Positions 1 through 12,310 of a stretch of 64,000 nucleotides of DNA are shown piece by piece. Made by a program: the position numbers and the translations under genes. Each line of letters opens with the position of its first letter. Within the stretch, counting starts at the first letter, position 1. Source of the stretch: Paraphysomonas bandaiensis (Eukaryota > Protista > Chrysophyceae); NCBI GenBank assembly GCA_965644295.1, contig CBFFRP010000406.1, positions 248,001 to 312,000 on the forward strand. Direction: 5' to 3'. A model generated the notes under the pieces. The model was given only the letters and a program-made list of their open reading frames with translations, was not told where the DNA came from and did not search any database.

Positions 1-780
1 GAGGCCGTCTCCGATTTTGCCCTTGGCTCGATTTCTGCCGATTGCGTAGGATTTGTCCCACACATATGCAGTTTCGCGTATGCGGTCTTGGAATGAGACG
101 TAGTATTTGGGGGAATTATTGGTGCGGAGGGGGTGAAGTTTGTGCGGAAGCCTGATACCACTACATGTCCAATACTGTGGGTCTCGGCTTGTACGTGTGG
201 CGTACGTGCCGTCTCTCGTGAGTGTGTATTGGTGGAGGTCTCATTGGTGTTGGAGTTCGGTGACGTCCCCTAGCATGGGGCCACTGTCTGTGAGAAGATA
301 TTTGTCGTATCTCCTCCAGTGCCATTGTTGGCCAGTAGTGAGGAATTGTTCTAGGAGGTGTGTGATTTCAGTTGCGACCACGCTGTAGTTGGTGGCGTCT
401 AGTATTTTGTTGATCGTTGTTCAATCTCCACAGGCGGCCGCGTCAGCTATGTAGATGCCATGGTCGCTGTAGGTCCACTTACTTTGGGCTTGCGTTCTCG
501 GCGTTCGGGGTGGGAACGGACCCATTTGATTGGACGCTGTTTGTGATGTTCTTTGGCAAGGCATTCGTAGAAGATGCCCTGGGGCTTTGTGCCGAGTGCT
601 CGCCTCCTGCTTGAGACCCCGTTGTGCGTGGCATTCTGGGTGTGTGAGTCTCCTAGTAGATGGGCAGGGGTGAGATTGGTGCGAGTGAAGGAGCCATCGG
701 TGAAGATGGCTTGATATTCGTGTGGGCGATCATCGTACAGTTGGAGTTGGGATCGGTCGTGCTCCTAAAGGTGGGAGGCC
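1..780 (-). mobile_element. Degenerate non-LTR retrotransposon (LINE) fragment with RNase H remnants
   Basis: Minus-strand translation gives the RNase H motifs IFTDGS (~690-707), IKWVRSH (~512-530) and HGIYIADAAA (~433-463), broken by frameshifts and stops. Bases 1-218 align at roughly 70% (by eye) with 36363-36577. Confidence 0.7.
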
Positions 781-1777
781 GACATGAGGACTCATGTCAC
801 CTATCTCTACAAGTATTAAATGAAAAAGGAATCTGAAAGGGCCAGTGTGTCAAGCATATTCAAGTTAGACTGAAGCATATTGCCGTAAAGAAGAACACAA
901 ATGCTGTCATTTCAGGAAATAGTAATTGAAGTTCATAAATCTTTGAAATTCGTTTACAGAAAATGATTCATAATAGAGCCCCTCCTTCCTATACACAACA
1001 TTTGAGTCAGTTGCACTAGCAGGGTTAAGCGTGACAGCAAGAAGCCTCGTGCGATAACAATCATGCACACTGATCATCACATCTATTGACGAATATCATT
1101 AGCTCGCAATTGCTATTCCCTCAGCATACCTTACGCGGTGGGGGCATTTGTCGATGCTATTATTGAAATTTGGGGGTTCATTGTTTTCAGTTAATCCACA
1201 GTGCAGTCACCCCTATGAGCTTATGTACGATCCCATTGATTAGAAACAATGCGTGAATCATGTTAATCAGGGACATCACTATATGTATGAGGTTGACATC
1301 ATCGTGATGACAGGCTGTATAAGAGTATCGTCCCTTCACGAACTTTAAAACACGGGCTACTTGTCTGCTTTCAGCCTCCTTATAACCCCGCTACATCTAA
1401 CCACAGCCCGGTTCTATGCGGATACAGTACAGTGCCGGATACCATCCATGAACTTCCACTTCCACATCTAGACATCCAGTGCCTGCGGTATTATGCATGA
1501 TGGGATACAGATACGGATACAGTATAGTAGGAATTCCTTCACTTGAACACTGCAATGAGGATGCCATTGCTATAAATATAAATACAGTATTCAGTGCTGC
1601 TGTATACCATTGTATACCTCTGTATACTATATGTACATATGTCTCTATAGAGTGCAGCAGTGTGGTGTATATCAGTACGACATATCAGTTCAGTTCTCAA
1701 CTGACAAGAGAACGACTGCTTCCTATGCAATCCACAGCCAGATAGGCACACAACATGCATTAAACTGTCTTATAACG

Positions 1778-2838
1778 ATGAACGCTCATGCTCAGCCTGT
1801 GTTTATCTTCAAAATCCTTTTAGTTGGTTCAGTTAACAGCAATAAAACCAGCTTTCTAGTGCGTTATGCTAATGGGCGAACACCTGTCCAAATTCCGACT
1901 ATTGGAATCGACTTTAAGATCAAGAGTATACTAGTAGATCAGCGCATTGTGAAGCTTCATGTATGGGATACTTTACATTGCGATAGATTCCGTCCATCCT
2001 CTAGAACACCGATTCTTTTCAAAGGCGTCAGTGGTATGTTCCGCCAGCATTTCGAATAAATTTTGACAAGAGAGTGTTAACTTTAGGTATTGTACTATGC
2101 TACAACATTGTGGATAGGAAGAGTTTCGATATTTTACAGTCGTGGATTGACAACATTGGCTCCTCCGACCCCGATATATATGGTGTGGTAGTGGGTATTT
2201 ACCCTGAAGGCTTTGCAGAACACGAACGCTGTGTACCATCCTCTGAAGCTCGAGACTTTGCACACTACAATAACTTGCAACACTTTGAAATTGACCCTGT
2301 AGCATCCTCCCAAGAGGAATGTAATGCTCCCATTGATTTATTGGGTCGACTCTGTGTACGCCGCATCTTGAGTGGAGGGTCCTGTGGATTTTCGGAGCCC
2401 AACACTTTTCACAAGGTTTCAATGGGATGGACAACTGGACGACATCTGCACTTTGGGCACGAGTTCAAGCGTTTCGTCATATACGTTCTTGTTGCGCACA
2501 ATAGACCGAGACAGGTTGATGAGGTATTCTCTAAACATAAGTAATCCTGTAGTCGTGATCTTTCAACAGGATGATAAGGCGGGGTCTAGTTTCCCTGACT
2601 ATGTGACTACTTTACCACTTGAGGTGAGTGTATCAGGTATCATTTTCCATCTCTAAGCTGGTGTGTGCAGCTTTGGTTTACGATATTCTCCTATTGTGAC
2701 AAGTCTACCTGGGTTTCCAATAGTGACTACAATAGGTCCTCTTCTGCATACAGAACTAGCACTGCATGGAAGTCCATTACTGGTTTAGGAAGCCGCCACT
2801 CATGCGCCAATGAAGGAAACAATTGTGTTGTATCTTAG
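1778..2838 (+). CDS. Degenerate Rab-like small GTPase with C-terminal F-box/SOCS-like motif and CaaX box (4 exons)
   Basis: Rab features FKILLVG, PTIGIDFKIK, VKLHVWDT, IVLCYNI, SFDILQSW. GT-AG introns at ~2034-2086, 2524-2569 and 2624-2670 splice in frame to ...TTLPLE|LWFTIFSYC...GNNCVVS* (stop 2836-2838). Confidence 0.8.
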
Positions 2839-3492
2839 CGAGAAGTAATATACTTCCTGCTTGAATATTATGTCTTGGGTACGCACTCACAATTTTTTGT
2901 ACTGTATACTGCTATAGATACATCTGTTGCACATGCAAAGCTCATTTTGTACTAACCTGTTACGTATCTTTTCGAAACTGTAGATTATCTATTCTAAATT
3001 GAAAAGTATATAATTCTATTACTTAGAATGTAATGTCTACGGAATATTAACGTAGGTCACAGCTTTGACAGTTATGTTGAAAATATTATATCAGAAGAGC
3101 TGATATAAAAGTAATACTTTTCATGTTTTCATATCCTTCAGTAGTAGAACTAAGTTCAGGCTCGTTTACCTTCTATCATTAAAGCTATTATTACTTTCAT
3201 TGTCCTGAAAAGTGTATATTTAGACTCTTATACGACATTTAAATTTCTTGTACATGTACACTTTACATTTTACATAGCCTCGAGTATTCTGTAATCAGTG
3301 AAATTGCGTATATAACCAGCAATTAATTTAATATCAATCAGCTTGCACTCAAACACGGCAATTTCGAATATACAGTATGTGTATGAAACGAAACACATCT
3401 AAAAATGAAAGCTAACAAGAACAGAAACAATTTCATTTTTGGAATCTGCATACTACACGTAACAACATCCATCTAATCTGTATACATTTCGT

Positions 3493-5106
3493 CTAGTAAA
3501 AGTATTCTGGGACATACATTACAGTATCAGAAGCAGTTGATGTTTGCCGAGACGCTGGCGACACGACTTCACCCCCAGCAGAATTTAGTCCTGCATCAAC
3601 ATTTTTCTCTTTCTTGTCAATTCGGGACGCAAGAAGATAGCACACCACACCAGCAAACCCCGTTATTATCACCAGACCTCCATAGGATGCTCTTCTGATA
3701 TGTCCTTCTGTAGTTACAGCGAATATAATAAACGAAAGCCCAGCAGCTATAGTCTTTGCAAATCCAGTAATTGAATAAGCTGATGCTTCTTTCTGTGGGA
3801 AGAAATCGGCAATTACAGCCATCATGTTGTTATCGCAAACAGACCGCGCTATGCCGTACAAGGCTGAGTATGTGAGCGTCACTACGAAGTAATTAGTAGA
3901 CAGAGCGAGCAATCCAAGTACCCCCATAGCACAGAAACAAACGCCACCTATTACTATCAGCAGTGAGTGAGCATGCCATTTGAGTATAAGTCGGTCAATA
4001 TTATAAAAGACTAATGTCATGAGAACATTCAATGTACACGCAACACCGACTGCGATAACCCCATTGCTCTGAAGAATAATGTGGCCGAGTATGAACATAA
4101 TCCAAAAACTTGTGCAGCATCCCCAACAGATGTGGTAGGGCAGAAGTAGGCCCACTTTTGCCCGCCTAGCTGAAGTCATATCTAGTGCTGCTCGGACCAT
4201 GTCATAGACACCTCGCCTGATCTTGAACGAGAGGCTTGTGTCTCCAACATCCCCAAGGTCATTAACCTTGAACAGCAGATAGAACGATACGCAAGAATAC
4301 ACACAATATAGCGGCCCTACACCTACAGTCGAATTGAATGGCAAGGCCACAATAGTTGTCAAAACACCAAATCCACACACGAGACATAACAGATAAATAA
4401 GAGTGAACTTGTTAGCTAGAGCCCTGTTCATATGTTCAATTTCCTTGAAGTCCATAGATGTCAAAAACATTTGCGAGCATCTTGCAAAGTAAGCTCCCTA
4501 AGAGAAATTAAGATTCAATACCACACAACTAACATTATATCATATACCTGTGCTGTCCACCTGGTACACATATATTAGAGCATGTTGTAAAGTATTCATA
4601 TGTGCTTACATAGCCGCTTGAAAAAAACCGCCAATAATTGAGAAGAAAGGATAGCAGACAGAAGTGTAATCAGGTATGAATGCCACTGATATTAATAACC
4701 CAGCAATGTAGGTAACTGTACCAATCTGTCCGTAGATAATAGCGGCTTTACAACCGAAACTATTTACGATTGATTTCGAAAGAGTTATGGAGCATACAGC
4801 ATACGCTAGATAAAAACATCCGTTCCCAATACCTCCTGTTCTCCAAGACGCTATGATAGGAGCAAAACTCAGAGTAGCGACCACAGGTACCACTGATAGT
4901 GAAAATCCAAAACAAAATATAACATAATCCTTCTTAGTTATAACCCGGTCCACGAATTGATTGCTAGGTTCAATGGCAAAACTACTGACGACATCTGTCT
5001 GAATAGAATCTGATCTCGACCCATGCAATGGGGTAGTAGTGGTCGCCACAGGTGCACTTGTTTGCACTTGAGACTTTTTAGTTATTATAACTCGATGATT
5101 CTCCAT
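3493..5106 (-). CDS. UNC-93-like MFS membrane transporter (3 exons, including a 13-bp micro-exon)
   Basis: Multiple hydrophobic helices. Removing introns 4561-4609 and 4498-4547 restores the UNC-93-type MWTAQGAYF motif. Confidence 0.8.
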
Positions 5107-5652
5107 ATCTGCCCTCTAGGTACTAGAATATAGTAAGCATGTGGGTTAATTTCTTCAACAGACACGCATTTCCAGAATTAGCTATGGTGCAATTACCATG
5201 CTACCCCGAGTATGGTGCAGTGCATTGATAATCGATGTATGTCAGAGCGACGGTTGACCACTTCAGACACACATGAATATCATGCCAGCCCATGCCTGCA
5301 TATCCAGAGCAACAGACACAAGTGTACCAGATAATACTGCCGGTATACTCGTGCTGTATACTTTCAGAGGAGATTGTTCTGTGTTGTTGTGTGTGTGGAG
5401 TATATACCGGTATACCAGGTATACCATATACGTATACCATGTGTACACATCCTCACAGTGTTCTAGAATTTGCGCAACACATGCTGCTGTTCGTGTTTGT
5501 CCTGTTCATAACTGCAGCCGTATACCTAGTATACGGTATACGGTATACCATGTCCATGTATTTGAATACTATATTAACACCCTCCTCTCTCTCTCTCTCG
5601 CATCCTCCTCATAGCAAGCCATATGAACCTGCCGTAACACTCCCACGACACA

Positions 5653-8521
5653 ATGCCAGGCTTATCAAATAGAAACCCCGTGCCGGGCTATGGAAATATC
5701 GGTAAAGTCCACATACGCTATAAGCCGAAACAACCCCCTAAACCCCTATACGGCCTCGTGCTCTATCTCTTCTGTGTATCTCTTGTATTATTCTCGTGGA
5801 GTTGGTCGAATAAATGGAGAAGACAAGTGGGTGTGTTGCCGTGTTTTAGGCAAGTGATTAAGTGGGTGGATGAGGCTCGTATATATACAGAGAGCTCATA
5901 TGGTCATGAGAAACATTCAGATGGAGCCAACATATCTCTTGATTCGGCTGGACACCCTCTTATTCGAGCTACCTCTGTGGAAGATGTGTTGTTTGGTCAG
6001 GGTTATGTGCATGCCAGGGATCGATTGTTTCAGATGGATTTTGATCGTATGCGAGCACTTGGTCGTTTATCGGAGTTCTATGGTGAACAATGGCTTTCCT
6101 CTGACTTCATGGCCAGGGCTCATAACTTTTCTGGTCAGGCAAATGAGGACTGGTTAGCACATGATGAAGTTGGGAAGGCGCATTTGCAGAGCTTTGCTGA
6201 TGGTATAAACGCATACCTCGGTGAGAAGCACAGTCTACCACTAGAATACCTGGCAATGGGTATGAACGAAAGTAGCATAGAGTTTTGGCATCCAACTCAC
6301 TCCTTGGCGATACTTCGATATTTTGCTTCCGCCTCAAGTGAGTCGTGGGAGTTAGAACTTACTCGCACCCTTGTGTCAGAGATGTCTGGAGGTTCGGACT
6401 TGCTGGGTGTTTTAGGTCTGGATGACGAAGACTCAGCGTTAGACGAGGACACTTTCCTCCCCTCGATATCTTCCAGTGCTGCGTGGGTACTCAGTGGGAC
6501 TCATACAGCTTCTGGTCGTCCTATCCTTTCCACCACTCTTAACCTAGAGGTATGACTATTAGTGCTTTTATTCTAGCATATGAAGTAACACGTGTACAGC
6601 CCACTGCTCCTGGCGCTTTGGTGCAGAATACGTTGGTTGTGCAGGGCCATATGCATGTTGTGGGGAGTAGCATTCCCGGTGTGCCCTTTGTATACACAGG
6701 TCGCAATGAGAACATTTCGTGGTCCTTTTTACCCTCTGGTCTTGATACTGAAGATCTCTTCGACGAACGGATAGATTCGGTGAATACAAGTAATGGAATT
6801 CGGTGGCAATATCTCCAGGAGATTGCAGCTGTTGAGACCATGGAATGTGCACCTTCTAATACGGCGGCTGAATGTGATACAAAGGTGAGGGAGGTGTGGG
6901 CAGATGTCGAGGTGAAGGTGGAAATGATGAAGGTCAAGGAGAATCGTGGACGGGGAGTAGTTGAAGAGCTTCCACTGACTCTAATGCGTACTGTTCGCGG
7001 CGTGGTAGTAACACCAATGCTTGCAAGCGTTAGTGGCAGTCACCTTCAGGCCTCAAAGCGACACCTTGCCCTGAGCACTGTGGCTAGTCGCCACCGCATG
7101 GATATGTCTGCTCTATATGCACTCAACACAGCGGCCACTTGGGATGATTTTCTCGAGGGAGTAGAAAGAATTGAGGCAATGTCTCTCAACGCTCTGTACG
7201 CGGATAGTAGTGGTAACATCGGACGCACTGTTACTGGCAGGTATGTCTTATTTTGTTGCTCAATCTGCTCAGTGACCTGTTATGGTATTAGGGTACCAAT
7301 GCGGGCGAAGGGTCACAGCGGTCATTTGGTATCTAACGGAGTGGTAGGGGAGTGGATAGGCGACGAGTCAGCTGTGGATGCAGATCGGTACACTCACCAC
7401 CCTCTGCGCCGGCTTAATCCTCCTAGTGGCGTTTTAGGATCTCTACCATTTCATATGGACCCGAAGAATCCACTTGTTATTGCAATCAATAGTGCCCTTG
7501 AGGGATCCAATGCCACACTGGATAGCATACGCGAGTTGGAGTGTTCAACGTCATCACCCTCTTCTGTTGCGCTATCCAAGCTTATCCGTCGGTCTTTACA
7601 GGAAAATGTATGGCCGAATGGTTTCAGTGATCGTGTGTTGAAGATCTTAGGTGATCAAGATGGAGAGGATGATTACCTGGTCACATCACGAAAACCGTTG
7701 CTACTGGAGGCATTTAGGGTACAGCTTGCAGATCTACTTCTTGATCCTATGCACAGCACTGCATTAGCCGTTCGTGGAGAGGCACATAGTCCGTTTAAAC
7801 GATCAACTATGCTGAGCAGGTGCGATTCAATGAAAGAATATATATATCGTAAATGTAATGGTTATTCAGTAATTTTGACTGGATTGGAACTATGCTCTCT
7901 GTAAACTCGTCACCTGCAGTGGAAAGGTGGATGGAAGTCTTGGGCGGTAGGGGTGCCGTCATTCGTAATGCGCTCATGGATGCAATGGAGTGGGTGGATG
8001 CACGTACATCAAGCTGGGTATCATATTCCTACTGGGGAGATATGCATGGGGCTCGTTTTGCTCATTCTCTATCGGTACATATTAGTATGTGACCTGAATA
8101 TCACTTATATATTAATGCATAGGAGCTAGAGTACATCGGAGAATTTCTATCTCCAGGTCCTGTAACTCTCTCGGGAGGTGCTTGGGATGCCCCACGAAAG
8201 ACTGGAACCGACACTACGACCAATAATCACAACCAAGACGGATTTGGGTGCTCATTGGGGCGCCACGGTGGTAGTCGTCGTTGTCGACTGACAGTTCACA
8301 GATCTTTGTTCGATCTGAGTTCGCCCAAGCTGTCTTATGTCGTGAACCCGCCAGGCCCTTCTGGTAGAATTGGGAGTCCCCATTACAACTCTGTTCTTTC
8401 TCTGTGGGCTAAATGTGAATTGTTGCCCATCATCTGGACTGAGGATGATTCCAGTGAGTCCTTTCATGTGTCACCATTCCATGAAGTGGACAAGAACGTA
8501 GGAGATAATAGTGAACTATAG
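5653..8521 (+). CDS. Penicillin acylase (peptidase S45 / Ntn-hydrolase) family protein with N-terminal TM anchor, multi-exon
   Basis: Motifs GHPLIRA, FGQGYVHARDRLFQMD, GRLSE, FADGINAY, SAAWVLSGTHTASGRPIL, PGVP..TGRN, YADSSGNIG, WGDMH, PGPSG..GSPHY. Short GT-AG introns link the ORFs at 5653, 6552, 7892 and 8255. Confidence 0.85.
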
Positions 8522-9644
8522 TGTATGAAGTGTAAGTTTTGGTGGTATATGTGCGCTGAAGCACAAATTAGGCAAGTTGCCCTAATGGAATACAACTTTT
8601 TTACAATATATAAATAGTCTTTTACAAAGTATACTATTTCTTTCACTGAGGTCTTTTCGAAAGAAAACTTCGCGGTATTTCGAATATTGTTATCATTGTA
8701 TCATCGTGTGAACAAACCACACTGTCGATTTGATGAAACACTGCCCCTCTAATAACAGTTAGAAATAATTAAGCTAAAATCATTTGCGATTATTCGGTGG
8801 CACCTTCTTATAGTATTAATGACTACCTTGTAGTAGCAGACATAAACTATTCGCTTTTACAGTGTACAATGTCGAATATTTTCGTTGTAAGGGCCATGCT
8901 AAGAGTGTCATGATTGATCATATGCTACTGCATAAAAGAGAATCAGTGGTAAGTTCTATGCTGTTATCTTTTAGCTGTCAAGTGTACTGTATTTCTATGC
9001 AACTAACAAGTGTTGACGTATGTTCCTTGCTTTGGATTCCATCAACAATAATCATGTCCACCCATCAACAATCAAACGGAAATGCATTGGAAGCATTCCA
9101 ACCTCTTCGTTATTATCATTTCTTTTCTCGAAGAACACTCGTGCATTATCTTCTGGTACCAGTTTATCGCTCATATCGCCAATTCTTTAAATGAATTATT
9201 ATGTAAGATTATCCTATGGATATTATACTTTTTTACCAATCTTTGATTTTTGAAATAAAAATTGCCGTTTTTAATCAACTTTTCAGTATAAAATGGCGGT
9301 ATTATTATATCAATTAATTGACAATTATTAAAATTGAGACATCAAATCAATTAATTGATACGCAGCCCTGGTATAATGGTATAATGCACTGGCTCTTTGT
9401 TGGAGTAAATTGTTTCAATAAGAAACTTTTATTCAGCGAGTACTGTGCATTACCTATTAACAATATTGTGTCGGCTGAGTACGAGGTAGTGACTAATATA
9501 AAGAAAGATGCCACCAAATATTCGCAAATTATTCAGCTTAATTATTACTAACTATTATAAGAGGGGTGCTGCTTCAACAAATCGACAGAGCAAATTTTAC
9601 AATTAGAAAATAACCATGTAGATGTGCTAGGACAAGTTACTTTC

Positions 9645-11329
9645 TCAATAATAAGTCTCTCCTGGCGACAGATCGTAGTCAACAACCTTCCAGTCGCTGA
9701 GTCCTTCATCCTCATTGTACACTTGCTTGAATGCAAGAGTATAAATTTTGGCAACAACATCACTCTCTCCTCCCTGCATAACAGAACGTCATATTTATCA
9801 AACGAATAGAGTGGTGAAAACAAATAAGGTGTTGTTCCTCATCCACGCATAAATCTGACACATCACACTACACCACGTCGTGGTAGCAGTCACCAGCATC
9901 ACTAATAATCACAGGACAAAAGTACATAAAAGATATATAAACAGTCCTCACCTCTATGATCTCCCCTGCTCTGTTGCGGATGCAGTTAATCTGCTGGACC
10001 ATGTACACCACTAGAACAATAGGTCCTTCATGCTCAAGATATCTGCAGAAAAACATCCCACATTGAATAAGATCATGATGACAACTGATAGAAGCAATGA
10101 ATATCCTTACCGAATGAGAATTTGGGCCTCGTCTATGTCCAGTACATTAGTATCAATAGATATTCCATCACTCTTGCGCTGTATATACAAAGCAGCAATA
10201 TATCAGAAAACACAGCTGGCAACAAGGTTCATTTACCGTCCGGATATCTGCCGCTAGTTTGTTATACACTGCTTCTCCTAGCAAGGGCTTTAGAGTCTTT
10301 AGATCACCCTCCAGGTGAGCCTTAATAATTGCGGGAGCAACGTCACGCTTAATTTCTTCTGCCCACTGCTCCTACTCACAACACAATTATATATAACAAA
10401 ATTTCACAATATATAGCTCCCACACACAATCCACATCAGGAAGAAAAAGTATGCACATGTAACTGTCACGCAGTCTAACCTTGATAAAGTACGGGTCGAG
10501 CTTCTGGATCTCCGCTACGGCCATGCCCTCCTCAGTGGGAGCTGTCATGCTTTCCCAGGCTCCGGATATCTTGTAAACCAGAGGGTTCTGAGTTGTCTCC
10601 CAGAACTCACGTGCATCCTATATACTGAGTCAACAACTTTATACCACTCCACACAACACAACTCACATGAATTTTGTTTGTGACATCTTCGCCTATCTTG
10701 GAGGCCTGTTTCCCTATATCGGTATTGGCCGCCTGGCGACTAAAACGCTTGGTATTTTTCAACATCTCTTTAATTAAGGGGGAGTCTTCCAGTCTTGCAT
10801 ACATTTGTTCCCAAGTACTCTTATTTGTTTTCGATACTACTAATGCAGAGGGTCCATCATATGCTGCTTCCTCTTCTTCTTCTTCATCATCATCAGACGA
10901 CTTTTTTGCTTTGAACGATGAAGCCTGAGCAACCTTCTTGCGTACTTTGCTTTCCTTATCGCCAGAGATCATTTCATTCCATGCTCCTTTCACCTCTGAT
11001 ACAAAATTTGATGATGCATCTCTTCCACTTTGTAAATACTTATAAGCTAATGCTATATAATCAACAGAAGTGTCGGTCTTCTTCGCACTATCATGAGATT
11101 CACTGCTCTGTGATGCCTCCGCCTGCTGCTCCTTATCCGCCTCAGCCTTCTCTTCCACTTTCTCTCCACTCTCACTGTAATTTCCTTTCATTTTATTGAG
11201 AACATCAGCAAAACTGCCGCCATTCGGTTCATTTTTCACACTCAGTGCTCTGGCTATTCTGTAACTCCCAGCATGTGGTCTGAACACTCTTATCGCTCCA
11301 TATCTTGCCCACATTACCCTTGATATCAT
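9645..11329 (-). CDS. TIM44: Mitochondrial import inner membrane translocase subunit TIM44 (multi-exon)
   Basis: Arg-rich presequence-like N-terminus, EFWETTQNPLVYK segment, and C-terminal Tim44 domain PIVLVVYMVQQINCIRNRAGEIIE|GGESDVVAKIYTLAF..WKVVDY, ending at stop 9645. Confidence 0.9.
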
Positions 11330-12310
11330 CTTCACTTATATATGAGTATACAGGGAGTTAATATCTAATCATACAATACAAGTGTGTATTATACTATGAA
11401 GCTCCTTACTTCTGTTGCCTCAATACAAGTAAGTCAAGTCAGAGCTTCAGGTGTATACATTCTATAGATGGATGTGTATGTGTGTATGTGTGTGTGTTGA
11501 TTGTGCGGTGTTTCTCATAATCAAAATGAAGGGCTGAAAGTATTTTACTGGTATGTCAATGTATACCTTCAGGACCTGTATATGACTGTATATCCGGTAT
11601 ACAGGCATACCTCTCAACGGTGATTGGAGGAAACATTGGCGAAGATTTTCATATGTAAAATATATGCATCTATAGATTGGAAGGAGGTTCACATGCAGTC
11701 TAGTGTCATTACAGGACAGCTGCCTTCCTTCAAGTCTATCCCCATGGAAAATGAGGACCTCCAAACTGTTGAATAATAATATTGGACAGAGCATGACTGC
11801 ACATGAATAAAGTGGAGGGTTATTGTTCAGATGACCGGAGAAGTTTGATGAAATTGTATCGTATACAAAGAAAAATGATATGCCTTACATAATGATGAAC
11901 CCTTTATATCATATTAATACATTCAAGCCGGGTACTTCACGGCTGCGTATAGAAGAATTCAAAATACGAAAACTGACATTCGACTGCATGATTAAAATGT
12001 CCACAGTGTGAAGCAGCAATATGTAGAGATAAGAAACTGAAGACGAGGAATTTTTTAGATATCTGTTCAAGAGATACGATATACAAACCACATTGAGTTG
12101 TGGGCTACATTATTTCATTCATCAGAGTGGTTATAAACTTGAGAAATTATAATATTGATATAAACCAAACGCATGTATACCGTATTCAATTGCGTGTGAA
12201 CTAAATATACTCTACAATCGACGCTTTATTACTGTAGTATTTTACCTTATATTAATGTCATACTCAACTATTTTTAGTGCTATTCGAGTTGTAACGTCCA
12301 AAATGAAAAT

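Noticed and set aside
11396-11900. Possible small spliced gene divergent from TIM44
   Set aside because: Splice-like signals are present, but no open, recognisable product could be assembled.
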